Source: an uncultured Bdellovibrionales bacterium (GTDB lineage Bacteria > Patescibacteriota > Minisyncoccia > Moranbacterales > UBA1568). From it: a DNA stretch of 64,000 nucleotides. Below are positions 47,125 to 57,248 of the stretch, in pieces. Numbering within the stretch: position 1 is the first letter of the stretch; the number at the start of each line of letters is the position of its first letter. Location of the stretch: assembly GCA_964612055.1 (NCBI GenBank), contig CAZTBI010000001.1, positions 228,824-292,823 on the forward strand, in the 5' to 3' direction. The notes below the pieces were generated by a model. That model saw only the letters and a program-made list of their open reading frames with translations. It did not search any database and was not told where the DNA came from. A program made the translations under genes and the position numbers.

Positions 47125-47730
47125 CTACGTCGCTGAAAATTCCATACTGAGCAAAGACTCAACGCGGAACCCATTCTTCGTTCCTGCTGGCCGGCCGTCG
47201 AACTCGATAACCGTGCCGATGGCGGAAACATTGGCATTGAGGCTCAATGCCTCGATACTCTTGAGGCAGGTCTGGATCCGTGGCCAGCGCCCGGGAGCCA
47301 GAAATGGCTCAATCAGAATGGCGTTAGCGCCTCGGAGCACCTCTGGCGCATGCAAAGAGAACGCATACGTGCCATCGTGATTCTCCTTCATGGAGAGAAA
47401 GGACACCGGACGATCCGATGAATACAACCCCTCCAGAATGCGTGCCACGCTGTGAGCCAGAACGGCGCCATGGTCATCGATCCCGATAACCAAAGTCACT
47501 TCCTTGGTATGGAAGAGCCTCGCCAGACGACTGGCGAACACCTCGGTTTCTGCTGGCCGAAGCAACATCGCCTTGAGTAGCGGGAGTTCCGTCAGGATTC
47601 CGTCATCGCCGATAGCGGCACTCGCTATCACCGAAAACAACTTTTGGCGAAATTTGATGTCTTCCTCCAAAAGTCCAGTGGGACGCAGCGTCCTCACCTC
47701 AGCAAGGGTACCTACTGTTGATGCGCTCAT
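47125..47730 (-). CDS. Hypothetical protein, high GC (about 57%), occupying the position of the missing ppaC body
   Basis: ORF with a VIGIDDHG segment and no firm family assignment. Confidence 0.4.
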   Translation of the reverse strand: MSASTVGTLAEVRTLRPTGLLEEDIKFRQKLFSVIASAAIGDDGILTELPLLKAMLLRPAETEVFASRLARLFHTKEVTLVIGIDDHGAVLAHSVARILEGLYSSDRPVSFLSMKENHDGTYAFSLHAPEVLRGANAILIEPFLAPGRWPRIQTCLKSIEALSLNANVSAIGTVIEFDGRPAGTKNGFRVESLLSMEFSAT

Positions 47731-47812
47731 AACAACTTCCTCCTCAGAAAGGTCTATGATGAAAAAGGGCACAAAGAACGACGTTTTATTATTCCACGAA
47801 ACTGTCTATCAG

Positions 47813-48058
47813 TCAATAGGATAGGTCTATCTTTTGAGAAAAACAAAGAGTGTTAACCAAGCCATGAGCATCTGGAAGTTCCTGTGGATATGAAATAGCA
47901 AAGCGATTCAGAATGTATTTTGCCTCTTCGTGTGGTTCACCAAAAATCCCTACCACTGCAATTTTGCCCATTTTCTGTAAAAACTCAGCATAAGCAACAG
48001 AGCCTGACACGCCGTCAAGGTCTGGATTGACATAACAAGTAACAAGAATTGGTTTCAT
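47813..48058 (-). pseudogene. N-terminal 81-codon fragment of a DHH-family Mn-dependent inorganic pyrophosphatase (ppaC-like), truncated
   Basis: MKPILVTCYVNPDLDGVSGSVAYAEFLQKMGK...EPHEEAKYILNRF matches PpaC/DHH N-termini and stops after 81 codons. The ORF-track N-terminal extension is a read-through of the tRNA-Ala sequence. Confidence 0.45.
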
Positions 48059-48077
48059 AGAGATATCAAAAATTTTG

Positions 48078-48148
48078 TGGACCTGGCGAGAATCGGACTC
48101 GCGCCTCTGCAATGCGAATGCAGCGTTGTACCACTTAACTACAGGCCC
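48078..48148 (-). tRNA. tRNA-Ala, anticodon CGC
   Basis: Acceptor GGGCCTG/CAGGTCC with the G3:U70 wobble pair, anticodon stem CTGCA/TGCAG, loop TTCGCAT. No CCA is encoded. Confidence 0.8.
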
Positions 48149-48277
48149 AAAGGAAACGAAGGTATTGTAGAGCAACTAAAGAGAAAACTCAAGGAAAAAT
48201 GAAAGCTCGCGAAAACCCTGGTTCAGGTCTTCGCGAGCGGGACTAAGGAGAGAGCCTTAGTACTCCTGGAACCCCTT

Positions 48278-48502
48278 TCAGTTGGGGACGGTGGGCATCT
48301 GCGGGAGCCGCGGATCCGACTCGGGCTCAGGGCTCGGGCGCGGACGACGGCCTTCCGTGCCGATGTAGATCGGCGCCTGATCCATCACCGCTGCGACGAT
48401 CATCGCCTTGGGCGGCTCCGGGGGCGGGGCGGCCGGGGCAGCAGCGGCGGCGGCGATGGCCATGGACATGACAGCCAAACGCGCCAGTGTCTTTTTCTGC
48501 AT
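48278..48502 (-). CDS. Small Ala/Pro-rich secreted protein, about 70% GC
   Basis: AAGGAG SD 8 nt upstream; signal peptide MQKKTLARLAVMSMAIAAAAAA. Confidence 0.45.
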   Translation of the reverse strand: MQKKTLARLAVMSMAIAAAAAAPAAPPPEPPKAMIVAAVMDQAPIYIGTEGRRPRPSPEPESDPRLPQMPTVPN

Positions 48503-48761
48503 TGGAGTAACTCCTTGTTTCCCTTTGGGCGGTTCCTTGGACTATTCCTCGGACTCCTCAGGGACACCTAGAATAGCACAAAAAAAGACCCCTGTAAAGC
48601 CCCGCACCTTTTTGGCATTATTCCCCACAATGAAACCAATCCTTACGGCACCTAGTTTTTATTTATATAGTATGTAAGCACCCCCACTAAAATGATTGCA
48701 GAGATACTCCTGCCAAAAAGGTGCGGGGTAAAGAGTCCTTCGTGGCTTAGAAAAGGTGTTT

Positions 48762-49229
48762 TTAGAAATCCAATACCGGAACTACCTCAGTTTCCAGTAT
48801 TGTATCCCCTTCTCCAAAGAGAAATTTCGTACGAAATTTTTTACCAGTCAGGAACACCGGCACCCAATGAATGTCGTCCGGCCACATCTCATCGTAAGGA
48901 ATAGCATCAGTCGTGAACCACTGCGGTCGCATCTCTTCGGTTTCTCGCGGTTCCCCTGTCCAAGTATCAACCCGAAAAACGTGCACTTCCAAAATATCAC
49001 CTCGCGCATTTTCAAATTCAAACTCATGAATACCAACTTTTTCCATCTCCGTGATCACGATACCGCACTCTTCCTCAGTTTCTCGTTTGGCAGCAGCCTC
49101 AATCGTTTCCCCTGCTTCTACCTTCCCGCCAAAGCCATTCCACCGTCCCGCGCCAAACCCACGCTTCTTCATACCTAGAAGTATCTGATTTTCCCGAAGC
49201 ACAAGACACAGTGTCAGTATTTTCCGCAT
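48762..49229 (-). CDS. Nudix hydrolase
   Basis: Nudix box GGKVEAGETIEAAAKRETEEECG. Confidence 0.8.
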   Translation of the reverse strand: MRKILTLCLVLRENQILLGMKKRGFGAGRWNGFGGKVEAGETIEAAAKRETEEECGIVITEMEKVGIHEFEFENARGDILEVHVFRVDTWTGEPRETEEMRPQWFTTDAIPYDEMWPDDIHWVPVFLTGKKFRTKFLFGEGDTILETEVVPVLDF

Positions 49230-49305
49230 AGATATATTGACATTTTATCCTCTTCGTGATTAGTTTAGCACATAGTTCATCGGTCCCATTCACAGGAGGG
49301 TTCAT

Positions 49306-49591
49306 CGTGACCACTCACCTCACCATATTACAGCCCGGACCGGATCATTCCTGCCCACCAGACGCGATCATCGTAGAACTTTCTCCGCCAGAAGTTCACT
49401 CACTTGAATCCGCTCGCAGATTCTGGAAGGAAGCTGGCGAATCTCCAGACATTGTCGTCGGATACATCCCCTTGGAACTCCCAGATGAAGTTGCGGAATA
49501 CTTGAATGACCTCCGAGCAAGTGACGGTCCCGAAATGTTGGAGCAGATCATCAATGCCGCCTTCAATCTTGGGAGAGCCTATCAGGGCTAA
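49306..49591 (+). CDS. Hypothetical protein
   Basis: GTG start with an AGGAGGG SD. Confidence 0.3.
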
Positions 49592-49791
49592 CGAAAAGCC
49601 CTTGCCGCTAAGCGTTAGTAATGTTATATTCAAGGCACGGGGCTGGGGGATTTGAGAGGACGCTGGTATTCGCTTGAATACCAAAAATTATAAGAACAAC
49701 GCTTCCTATACTCTCTCCCCCTCCCCTTCTCCCTTCCGCAAACGCGGACCCATCCCAGGCCTTTGACTCACGTCATTGGCCTTTTCTATTT

Positions 49792-50376
49792 TTATTCACC
49801 AAAGAGTTTCTTTTCTTCTTTCCGAAGCAGTTCCATAAACTCATCAAAGTACGGCTGTATTTCTGGCGAGAGAGCTATTTTAGCTTTCTTATGCTCATAG
49901 AGCATTTCAAGGGTGATCTTTTTTTCTTGCCAGGTTCGGCCATTATCAAGATACACTTTCAACATTGGCTCAACCTTATCAAGAGCATAGACAAAACGAC
50001 TTTCCGGATCTTCTTTGGTCACATAGCCCTTGATAGCGGTATGTATTTCCGGAACATCTGGGAATTCTCCCACCAGTCGCTCGGCTGCCAAACGTTCGCG
50101 CTCCGGTTTCGATGCCAAGAACTCTTTATCCTCACTGTATATATAAGTGTCGCCAGCGTACACCTCGACCAAATCATGAGCTAGAGCATACGAAAAGACT
50201 TTTTCCTTATCAAGTGACAGATGCTCACTTTCGATAATATACCAAGCCAGCATTGCGAGACTATACGAATGCTCTACATCATTCTCCCAACGCTCCGAAC
50301 CCGGCACGCGGATCACGCGCTCCACTTTCTGCAACTCATTCAAAATTTTCGCAAAGCCAAGCAGTTTCTGAAGCAT
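49792..50376 (-). CDS. HD-domain phosphohydrolase (YfbR-like 5'-deoxynucleotidase family)
   Basis: H...HD...D motif: VEHSYSLAMLA, ALAHDLVEVYAGD. Confidence 0.7.
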   Translation of the reverse strand: MLQKLLGFAKILNELQKVERVIRVPGSERWENDVEHSYSLAMLAWYIIESEHLSLDKEKVFSYALAHDLVEVYAGDTYIYSEDKEFLASKPERERLAAERLVGEFPDVPEIHTAIKGYVTKEDPESRFVYALDKVEPMLKVYLDNGRTWQEKKITLEMLYEHKKAKIALSPEIQPYFDEFMELLRKEEKKLFGE

Positions 50377-50382
50377 ATTTTC

Positions 50383-50838
50383 TTATATCTTGAATCCTGA
50401 TTTTTTGATAATTTTCAATTGATCACGGAAGGCACTATGAAGAGGTTTTGGTAACTTACTCGATCGAAACCAAGCAAGTTCTTCCATCTTATCCGGCTCA
50501 CCAATTTTCACTTTTTTGGGATCAACTTGCGCAACAAAGAGAAATGCAATCCAATGGGTCTTAGTAGTACCGTTCTTTCGCAAAACATTGCGCGCACCAA
50601 AAAACTGAAGCTTCTTCGCTCTTACACAATACTCTTCCCGTATTTCCCGGATGACTCCTTGTTCAGGGGTTTCTCCAAATTCCAATGATCCTGATCCGGT
50701 ATCCCAACGGCCAACTTCATCTCGACAATTCTTACTCCGTTTGTGCATGAGAAGATTTCCTCTTCCATCGTGACAAAAAAATACACATGTCACCCCGATA
50801 AAATCTACACCCTTTTTCAGATCAAATGATTTTTTCAT
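50383..50838 (-). CDS. Nudix hydrolase
   Basis: Nudix box GSGSLEFGETPEQGVIREIREEYCV. Start at MKKSFDLKKG. Confidence 0.75.
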   Translation of the reverse strand: MKKSFDLKKGVDFIGVTCVFFCHDGRGNLLMHKRSKNCRDEVGRWDTGSGSLEFGETPEQGVIREIREEYCVRAKKLQFFGARNVLRKNGTTKTHWIAFLFVAQVDPKKVKIGEPDKMEELAWFRSSKLPKPLHSAFRDQLKIIKKSGFKI

Positions 50839-51029
50839 ATCGGCTCTCCAAATACTTCTTCTTTTACCCTTTTCACTTCGTCCTCTTTCTCGATAATAAC
50901 TCCTTTGTGAAGTTTGTAGAGAAGCGGGATCACGCCACAATTTTCACATTTTCCCCAATTGCAACCCTTTTGCTTATGATGAAGCCTACGACACATCCCC
51001 AGTTCTTTTTCAAAAGTTTCCTTGTCCAT
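50835..51029 (-). CDS. Small Cys4 protein (about 64 aa), translationally coupled to the secA stop
   Basis: The ATG lies 3 nt after the secA TAG; CNWGKCENCG and two further Cys; ATGA overlap with the downstream Nudix start. Confidence 0.35.
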   Translation of the reverse strand: MDKETFEKELGMCRRLHHKQKGCNWGKCENCGVIPLLYKLHKGVIIEKEDEVKRVKEEVFGEPI

Positions 51030-51031
51030 AT

Positions 51032-53725
51032 CTATGCCCCATGACACTTCTTATATTTCTTACCGCTCCCACAGGGACAAGGATCGTTTCGGCCAACTAT
51101 TTCTTCATTAACAATGGGGGCTTGTTTCTGGGTTTCGCCCTGATTACTGCCACCGCCCGCTTGAGCCTCTCCTTTCAGCGTCGCAAAGGATTCAATATTT
51201 TCACTGGCACCACGAAATTGCATCTCGCGAGGGCGCTCCTGCTCCACAGTTCCGGTAGCACTCACTTTCAGGATCGTCATCAAGTACGTCTTGCGCACCG
51301 TATCCATCAGTCCAAGGAAGAGATCGAAGGCTTCCCGCTTATATTCGATAAGCGGATCGCGCTGACCATAGCCACGAAGCCCAATTCCCTGTCGCAAATA
51401 ATCAATCTCATCTAGGTGATTCATCCAGAGCGTATCAAGGGAGCGAAGGTAGAGCGACTTTTGAATGAGGCTCCAGGTCTCTTTACCAATCATTTTCTCT
51501 TTCTGGTTGTAGACCTTTTTGGCTTCACCGAGCAGGTGTTCGAGAATAAGATTTTTCTTTTCAATTTCATCCTTGGAGCGATCATCACGAATAGCCTCAA
51601 GCTTCTTCAATGCCTCTTTTTCATTAAGCGTCGAAAACATGGCATTGGCTTCGTTCACGATCTCCTGCATGTTCCACTCGCCCTCTTCGACAGCGGTATG
51701 GAAACCAATCACATGATCCAACTCTTCGGAGAGCAAGCGCAGCGTTTCGTTCTCAAAATCTCCCGTTTCAAGAATGGCACGACGCTTGCGGTAGACGACT
51801 TCGCGCTGCTTGTTCATGACATCATCATAGTCGAGCACGTGCTTGCGAATATCAAAGTTGAAGCCTTCAATCTTCGACTGGGCGCTCTCGATCGTTTTCG
51901 ATATAATGCCATTTTGAATCGGCTCATCATCAGGCAAACCGAGCGTCGTCATCATACCCTTCATTTTCTCGCCACCGAAACGACGCATCAGCTCATCTTC
52001 GAGCGACACAAAGAACTGCGACACTCCAGGGTCACCCTGACGTCCAGCACGACCACGAAGCTGATTGTCGATACGACGGGCCTCGTGACGCTCGGTACCG
52101 ATGATGGTGAGTCCACCCAGTTCCCGCACGCCATCGCCTAATTTGATGTCCGTACCACGACCAGCCATGTTCGTTGCGATAGTGATGGATCCTTTTTGGC
52201 CGGCATTAGCAATAATATGCGCTTCCCGTTCGTGATTCTTGGCATTCAATACCTCATGGGTGATACCTTCATGCTGCAGTAACGTACTCAAGTACTCAGA
52301 TTTTTCAATAGCGACTGTGCCAATAAGGGCTGGCTGGCCAGTGGTATGGATCTCTTTGATATGTTCCACAATAGCCCGAAACTTTGCTTCCTCCGTCTTA
52401 TAGACAATATCCGGCAAGTCCTTGCGTGTCATCGAACGATTGGTCGGGATTTCGAGCACATCGAGCTTGTATACCTTGGAAAGTTCCTCAGCAGAAGTCG
52501 AGGCGGTACCAGTCATACCAGCCAGTTTCTCATAAAGACGGAAGTAATTCTGAAAAGTAATAGTAGCCAAGGTGCGAGATTCGCGCTGTACCGTTACGCC
52601 TTCTTTGGCTTCAATAGCCTGATGGAGTCCCTCACTATAGCGGCGACCTGGCATAAGCCGTCCGGTGAAGTCATCTACGATAATCACCTGATCATCTTTT
52701 ACGACGTAGTCACGATCGAGTTTGAAAATGATATTGGCTTTGAGTGATTGTTCCAGATGATGGACATATTGGACATTGCCGGAGGCATAGATATTGCCCA
52801 TCCCCAAAAGCCGTTCGACAGAGTTCATACCTTCATCGGTCAGCGTCACCACCTTCATCTTTTCATCAATCACGTAGTCTTTCTCTTCTTTCAGATTCGG
52901 AACAATCTTCGCAAAGCGTTCGTAGAGCTTGGTCGATTCACTATCTGGCGCCGAAATGATAAGCGGGGTGCGGGCTTCATCAATCAAAATAGAGTCTACT
53001 TCATCGACAATAGCGAAATGAAGATGACGCTGTGTCATCTCTTCTAAGGTTGAAACCATGTTGTCACGCAGGTAGTCAAAACCAAATTCGTTATTGGTAC
53101 CGTAGGTGATATCAGTTGCATAGGCCTCTTTTCTCGAGATAGGGACCAAATTTTCCATCTCCACGCTGACCTCATCACGATCTTCGACATTGGAAGTGTA
53201 ACGATACGAAACCCCCTGACCAACAATACAAGAAGTAGTAAGCCCAAGCGCCTCATACACCTTGCCCATCCAGTTACAATCACGCTTAGCAAGGTAATCA
53301 TTGACCGTCACCACGTGCACACCTTTCCCTGTTAGAGCATTGAGATAAATCGGCAGTGTCGATGTCAGCGTCTTTCCTTCACCCGTTTTCATCTCAGCAA
53401 TTTTCCCCCGATGAAGAGCAATGCCACCTAACATCTGTACATCGTAGTGACGCTCACCGATGACACGCCTCGCTACTTCTCGCACCACCGCATAGGTTTC
53501 GGGCAACAAATCCTCCAGCGTTTCGCCGTCCGTCAGTCGCTTCTTGAATACCTCGGCTTTCCCTCGTAGCTCATCAGAAGAAAGAGCCTGAAGTGCTTCT
53601 TCAAAGGTATTTATTTTTTCAACAATCGGGCGCAGTTTATCCACCTCGCGCTCATTCGAACCAAAAAGTTTTTCCAAAAATGACATAAGTATACGTAATC
53701 GATAAAAGTTCTTCCATTGTAGCAA
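51032..53725 (-). CDS. secA: Preprotein translocase ATPase SecA
   Basis: DEAD-like motor domains and a C-terminal zinc finger [14 protein letters not shown]. Confidence 0.95.
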   Translation of the reverse strand: MLQWKNFYRLRILMSFLEKLFGSNEREVDKLRPIVEKINTFEEALQALSSDELRGKAEVFKKRLTDGETLEDLLPETYAVVREVARRVIGERHYDVQMLGGIALHRGKIAEMKTGEGKTLTSTLPIYLNALTGKGVHVVTVNDYLAKRDCNWMGKVYEALGLTTSCIVGQGVSYRYTSNVEDRDEVSVEMENLVPISRKEAYATDITYGTNNEFGFDYLRDNMVSTLEEMTQRHLHFAIVDEVDSILIDEARTPLIISAPDSESTKLYERFAKIVPNLKEEKDYVIDEKMKVVTLTDEGMNSVERLLGMGNIYASGNVQYVHHLEQSLKANIIFKLDRDYVVKDDQVIIVDDFTGRLMPGRRYSEGLHQAIEAKEGVTVQRESRTLATITFQNYFRLYEKLAGMTGTASTSAEELSKVYKLDVLEIPTNRSMTRKDLPDIVYKTEEAKFRAIVEHIKEIHTTGQPALIGTVAIEKSEYLSTLLQHEGITHEVLNAKNHEREAHIIANAGQKGSITIATNMAGRGTDIKLGDGVRELGGLTIIGTERHEARRIDNQLRGRAGRQGDPGVSQFFVSLEDELMRRFGGEKMKGMMTTLGLPDDEPIQNGIISKTIESAQSKIEGFNFDIRKHVLDYDDVMNKQREVVYRKRRAILETGDFENETLRLLSEELDHVIGFHTAVEEGEWNMQEIVNEANAMFSTLNEKEALKKLEAIRDDRSKDEIEKKNLILEHLLGEAKKVYNQKEKMIGKETWSLIQKSLYLRSLDTLWMNHLDEIDYLRQGIGLRGYGQRDPLIEYKREAFDLFLGLMDTVRKTYLMTILKVSATGTVEQERPREMQFRGASENIESFATLKGEAQAGGGSNQGETQKQAPIVNEEIVGRNDPCPCGSGKKYKKCHGA

Positions 53726-53744
53726 AAATGACCGTACCAGTCAA

Positions 53745-53784
53745 AAGAAAAATCCCGCCAAAATGACGGGATTTTTCCTTATTT
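53745..53784. terminator. Terminator downstream of hpf
   Basis: AAATCCCGCCAAAATGACGGGATTT hairpin with flanking A and T runs. Confidence 0.55.
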
Positions 53785-53790
53785 TAAGCC

Positions 53791-54141
53791 CTAAAATCGA
53801 GCCGACTCATCTAGGACAAGTTTCTTTTTAATCGAACGATTGCCCCGTAATTTAAGATCACGATTACGATTCTTTTTCTTATCTATCTGGACTTCGAGTT
53901 CATCAATTACTTTATCTGTTGAGCCTTCGACACTTTCCGTCATTTCTTCAGCTCGGTAGAGATTGTGCGGCGTTTTCACCATGATCTCTACGCGAAATTT
54001 CCCCTTCTTATCCTGTTCCATTTCCACTTCAAACTCCGTCACTGGATCTACGAGTTTTTCCACCCGCTCCAAACGCTTGAGGACATAGTCTTTCGTTCGA
54101 TCATCGATCTCGATACCCTTGAATAAGAAACGCGTATTCAT
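53791..54141 (-). CDS. hpf: Ribosome hibernation promoting factor (RaiA/HPF family)
   Basis: The N-terminal region and overall S30AE/RaiA-like fold. Confidence 0.75.
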   Translation of the reverse strand: MNTRFLFKGIEIDDRTKDYVLKRLERVEKLVDPVTEFEVEMEQDKKGKFRVEIMVKTPHNLYRAEEMTESVEGSTDKVIDELEVQIDKKKNRNRDLKLRGNRSIKKKLVLDESARF

Positions 54142-54159
54142 AGCTTTGCTGTTAAGAAA

Positions 54160-54375
54160 TTACAGACCGTAAGCCGCGGACAAAGAGTTCAGAAAAAACG
54201 GAATAGCAAAAATGAGTCCGAGGAGCGGGAGAAAAAACATCACGAGTGTCACTATCAGTGTCCAGAGGAAATAACGACGCGTCTTCTCGACAGACTGGTA
54301 AATCTGCTCGAGTTTTGCGTCCTGCGCTTGAATTTTCTGCAAAATTTCTTGTTCCATAGCCTCAGTATAGCACAC
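54160..54375 (-). CDS. Small membrane hypothetical protein
   Basis: 71-aa ORF with one TM helix. Confidence 0.3.
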   Translation of the reverse strand: MCYTEAMEQEILQKIQAQDAKLEQIYQSVEKTRRYFLWTLIVTLVMFFLPLLGLIFAIPFFLNSLSAAYGL

Positions 54376-54432
54376 CTGCGATAAACCTTTTTAGAGAAGA
54401 AAAAAGGCGGTCTGGAAATTCCAAACCGTCCA

Positions 54433-54747
54433 TCAGTCCCATTTTGGGAATGGTCTGAGATCATCCATCTGGAGAGGCTTCCTTTCCCGACTATCAGCCT
54501 GATCCGAAACAGATTCTTTCCCATCACCCATCTGCATCTGATTCATGACTCCCGGGATGGGTATGTTGTTCACCCGGTAACAATTCAAAGCGCATGCCTC
54601 AGTGCAAAAGATGCCGTACAGACCCTCTGATCGCACGGCATTTTCCCGCAACGCGGATTGGCAACATCCGCAGCAGTAAAAATACAAACGGTCGTCGTGC
54701 ACAACCACCTCGCTCTCAAAAGAACCAAACAAAAAGACGGGAAACAC
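54433..54747 (-). CDS. Small Cys-rich protein with a TRASH/YHS-like C-x2-C-x19-C-x3-C metal-binding motif
   Basis: YFYCCGCCQSALRENAVRSEGLYGIFCTEAC. Confidence 0.35.
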   Translation of the reverse strand: MFPVFLFGSFESEVVVHDDRLYFYCCGCCQSALRENAVRSEGLYGIFCTEACALNCYRVNNIPIPGVMNQMQMGDGKESVSDQADSRERKPLQMDDLRPFPKWD

Positions 54748-54842
54748 GCCCCCGCCTCACCAAATATTCTCGAATTCTTTCTTTGTTTTCACACTTTCAG
54801 TATACACCCGGAAAAGGATACTTCTACATACCCTGTCAATCC

Positions 54843-55772
54843 CTAAAATCCCACGTATTGCACCTCTTCTTGAAGTCGGATCCGTAATTCATCACGGACC
54901 TTTGTTTTAACTAAACTCGCTAAGGTGACAATATCTTCCGCTGTCGCTGTTCCAGTATTCAAAAGGTAGTTTGGATGCCGCTCACTCACCATGGCGCCAC
55001 CAATTCTTTTCCCACGCAGCCCGACATGATCGATAAGCCAGCCAGCTGGCAGCTTTCCGCCTTTTGATGGCATACCGGTGTCTTTCTCAAATTCTTGAAG
55101 CAGGTGCTCGTCCTTCACTTCTGGATTCATGAAAAATGATCCAGCACACTTGGCATCCTGCGGATGTTTTGCTTCACGCGCTGCTACCGTTTCTTTGATC
55201 ACTCGCTCCAGCATCCCCTTTTCACCAGATAAAAGTTTCATCTCAGCAGAGAGAATTACGAATTGAGGATTTTTCTTGAAAAGACTAGTTCGGTAACCAA
55301 ATTCACATTCCTCCTGACGATATTCTCGCACCATGCCCGTGTGACGATCCAGTGTTTTGACAGACACAATAACATCACCAATTTCCGTACCAAAAGCCCC
55401 AGCATTGCCACGGACCGCTCCACCAAAAGAACCGGGAATACCGGCGAGTTTCTCGATGCCTTCAAGCTCAGCATCCTTCGCCTTCCAGACAACATCAAAA
55501 AGCGAGACGCCTGCTCCAGCAGTAATCTTTTCTCCCGATACATGCAGACCACCATCGACAACATGCACTACAATCCCTGGAAACCCTTTATCAGAAAATA
55601 AAACATTACTTCCACCGCCTAAAACGTAGAGTGGAAGCTTGTGCTGTTCGGCGTATTCAAGAATTTCGGCAATCTCAATAGCACCTGACACTTCGGCATA
55701 GTACCGAGCTGAACCACCGATACGAAACGTGGTGAACGGCGCCAAGGGAATATTCTCTTGCAAGGCAATCAT
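54843..55772 (-). CDS. murB: UDP-N-acetylenolpyruvoylglucosamine reductase
   Basis: FAD-binding FTTFRIGGSARYYAE. Confidence 0.9.
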   Translation of the reverse strand: MIALQENIPLAPFTTFRIGGSARYYAEVSGAIEIAEILEYAEQHKLPLYVLGGGSNVLFSDKGFPGIVVHVVDGGLHVSGEKITAGAGVSLFDVVWKAKDAELEGIEKLAGIPGSFGGAVRGNAGAFGTEIGDVIVSVKTLDRHTGMVREYRQEECEFGYRTSLFKKNPQFVILSAEMKLLSGEKGMLERVIKETVAAREAKHPQDAKCAGSFFMNPEVKDEHLLQEFEKDTGMPSKGGKLPAGWLIDHVGLRGKRIGGAMVSERHPNYLLNTGTATAEDIVTLASLVKTKVRDELRIRLQEEVQYVGF

Positions 55773-55825
55773 ACCAAAAAATATTTGTGTGAGTTTTTTT
55801 ATTTACTTTTCGCACTCGCCCCTTC

Positions 55826-57244
55826 TTACTTCTTGGCCAAGGCATGAGAAATTTCCCAAACACTCCCTGCGCCTAAAGTAATGATAACATCTTGCCGCCC
55901 CATTGTCTTCTCAAGATCAGAGGTCAGCATGACAGTATCAGAGGCATATTCTGCCTTACCAGGAAAAAAACGATTAATGAGATCAACCAGGTCACGAGAA
56001 GAAACACCCCCCTGAACTTCTCGGGCACTCCCGTAAATGTCGAGTACCACTACCCGATCTGCGGCATCAAAACTCTGAGCAAAATCAGTCAGAAAAGCCT
56101 TGGTTCGAGTAAAGGTGTGGGGATGAAAAACGACAGAGAGCTTCTTCTCAGGGTACAGATCACGAAAAGCCTGGAGTGTCGCTCGGATTTCTTCTGGATG
56201 GTGTGCATAGTCGTCATACACAAGAGCGCCGTAACGTTCTCCAATATACTCAAAGCGTCGCTCCGTACCAGAAAACTTTTCGAAAGCATCTTTGATGCGC
56301 TCAGTTTTTTCCCCTAAAACCGACAGGAGTCCGAGAACGGCAGTGGCATTTAAAGCATTGTGCAAACCGGCAAGCTTCAGGTGGAAAGGGCCCTGTCTCT
56401 CCCCCTCATGGAGTACGGAAAATGACTGGCGAAACACTTCTTTCTCCCCGACAAAGCCCATTTTCTCCGGAACGTATTCTACGACTTGAAAATCTGCCCC
56501 CTCGAGCGTTCCATAAGAAACCTTGCGACAATGCGCATGACTAGCAATACGAGCCACGCTCGCCGAATCAGCGCAATACACAAGAATACCGTGGGCTGGG
56601 ATACGAGCAACAAATTCTGCAAATACCCGCTCATAACTTTCCATATCCGGGAAAAAGTCCGGGTGATCCCAGTCGACACTCGTCAGAATAACGGCAAAAG
56701 GCGTATAGTGCGCTAGTTTATTCTGATATTCATCAGCTTCAATTACGAGGTATTCCCCAGAGCCAGAGAGAGCATTACCGCCCCAACTCATGATGCGACT
56801 CCCAACAATCGCCGAAGGATCTTTTCCGCAAAATTTGAGCGTGTCAGAAAGGAGAGCACTCGTAGTCGTCTTGCCATGCGTGCCGCACACTGCGAGCGTC
56901 AGTTTTTCTTGCGTGAGAGCACCTAAAGCCTCTGGATAACTGAGTACCGGGATGCCTTCTTCAAAAGCTGCTACCAACTCCTTATTCTTTTCTCGGGTAT
57001 ACGCTGTCGAATAGACAATCAGATCAGCCGATGCGGGAATATTTTCTGGCTGAAACTTTTCTGAAACAGTTATCCCCAATTTTTTGAGTATGGGGTCAGT
57101 AAAGAATACTTCTTCGACATCCGAGCCGGTCACTAGCGCTCCTTGACGAAGCAATAACTCAGCCAGCGCCGTCATACCAGCGCCTTTGATACCGACCATG
57201 TGAATTTTTTTGAAGCGTGACAGACGCAGATCGGAAATAGACAT
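55826..57244 (-). CDS. murC: UDP-N-acetylmuramate--L-alanine ligase
   Basis: MVGIKGAGMTALAELL; Mur ligase domains. Confidence 0.9.
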   Translation of the reverse strand: MSISDLRLSRFKKIHMVGIKGAGMTALAELLLRQGALVTGSDVEEVFFTDPILKKLGITVSEKFQPENIPASADLIVYSTAYTREKNKELVAAFEEGIPVLSYPEALGALTQEKLTLAVCGTHGKTTTSALLSDTLKFCGKDPSAIVGSRIMSWGGNALSGSGEYLVIEADEYQNKLAHYTPFAVILTSVDWDHPDFFPDMESYERVFAEFVARIPAHGILVYCADSASVARIASHAHCRKVSYGTLEGADFQVVEYVPEKMGFVGEKEVFRQSFSVLHEGERQGPFHLKLAGLHNALNATAVLGLLSVLGEKTERIKDAFEKFSGTERRFEYIGERYGALVYDDYAHHPEEIRATLQAFRDLYPEKKLSVVFHPHTFTRTKAFLTDFAQSFDAADRVVVLDIYGSAREVQGGVSSRDLVDLINRFFPGKAEYASDTVMLTSDLEKTMGRQDVIITLGAGSVWEISHALAKK

Positions 57245-57248
57245 AAAA

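Noticed and set aside
48059-48175. N-terminal 39 residues of the listed 120-aa ORF
   Set aside because: They are a translation of tRNA-Ala(CGC); the real CDS starts at MKPILV.
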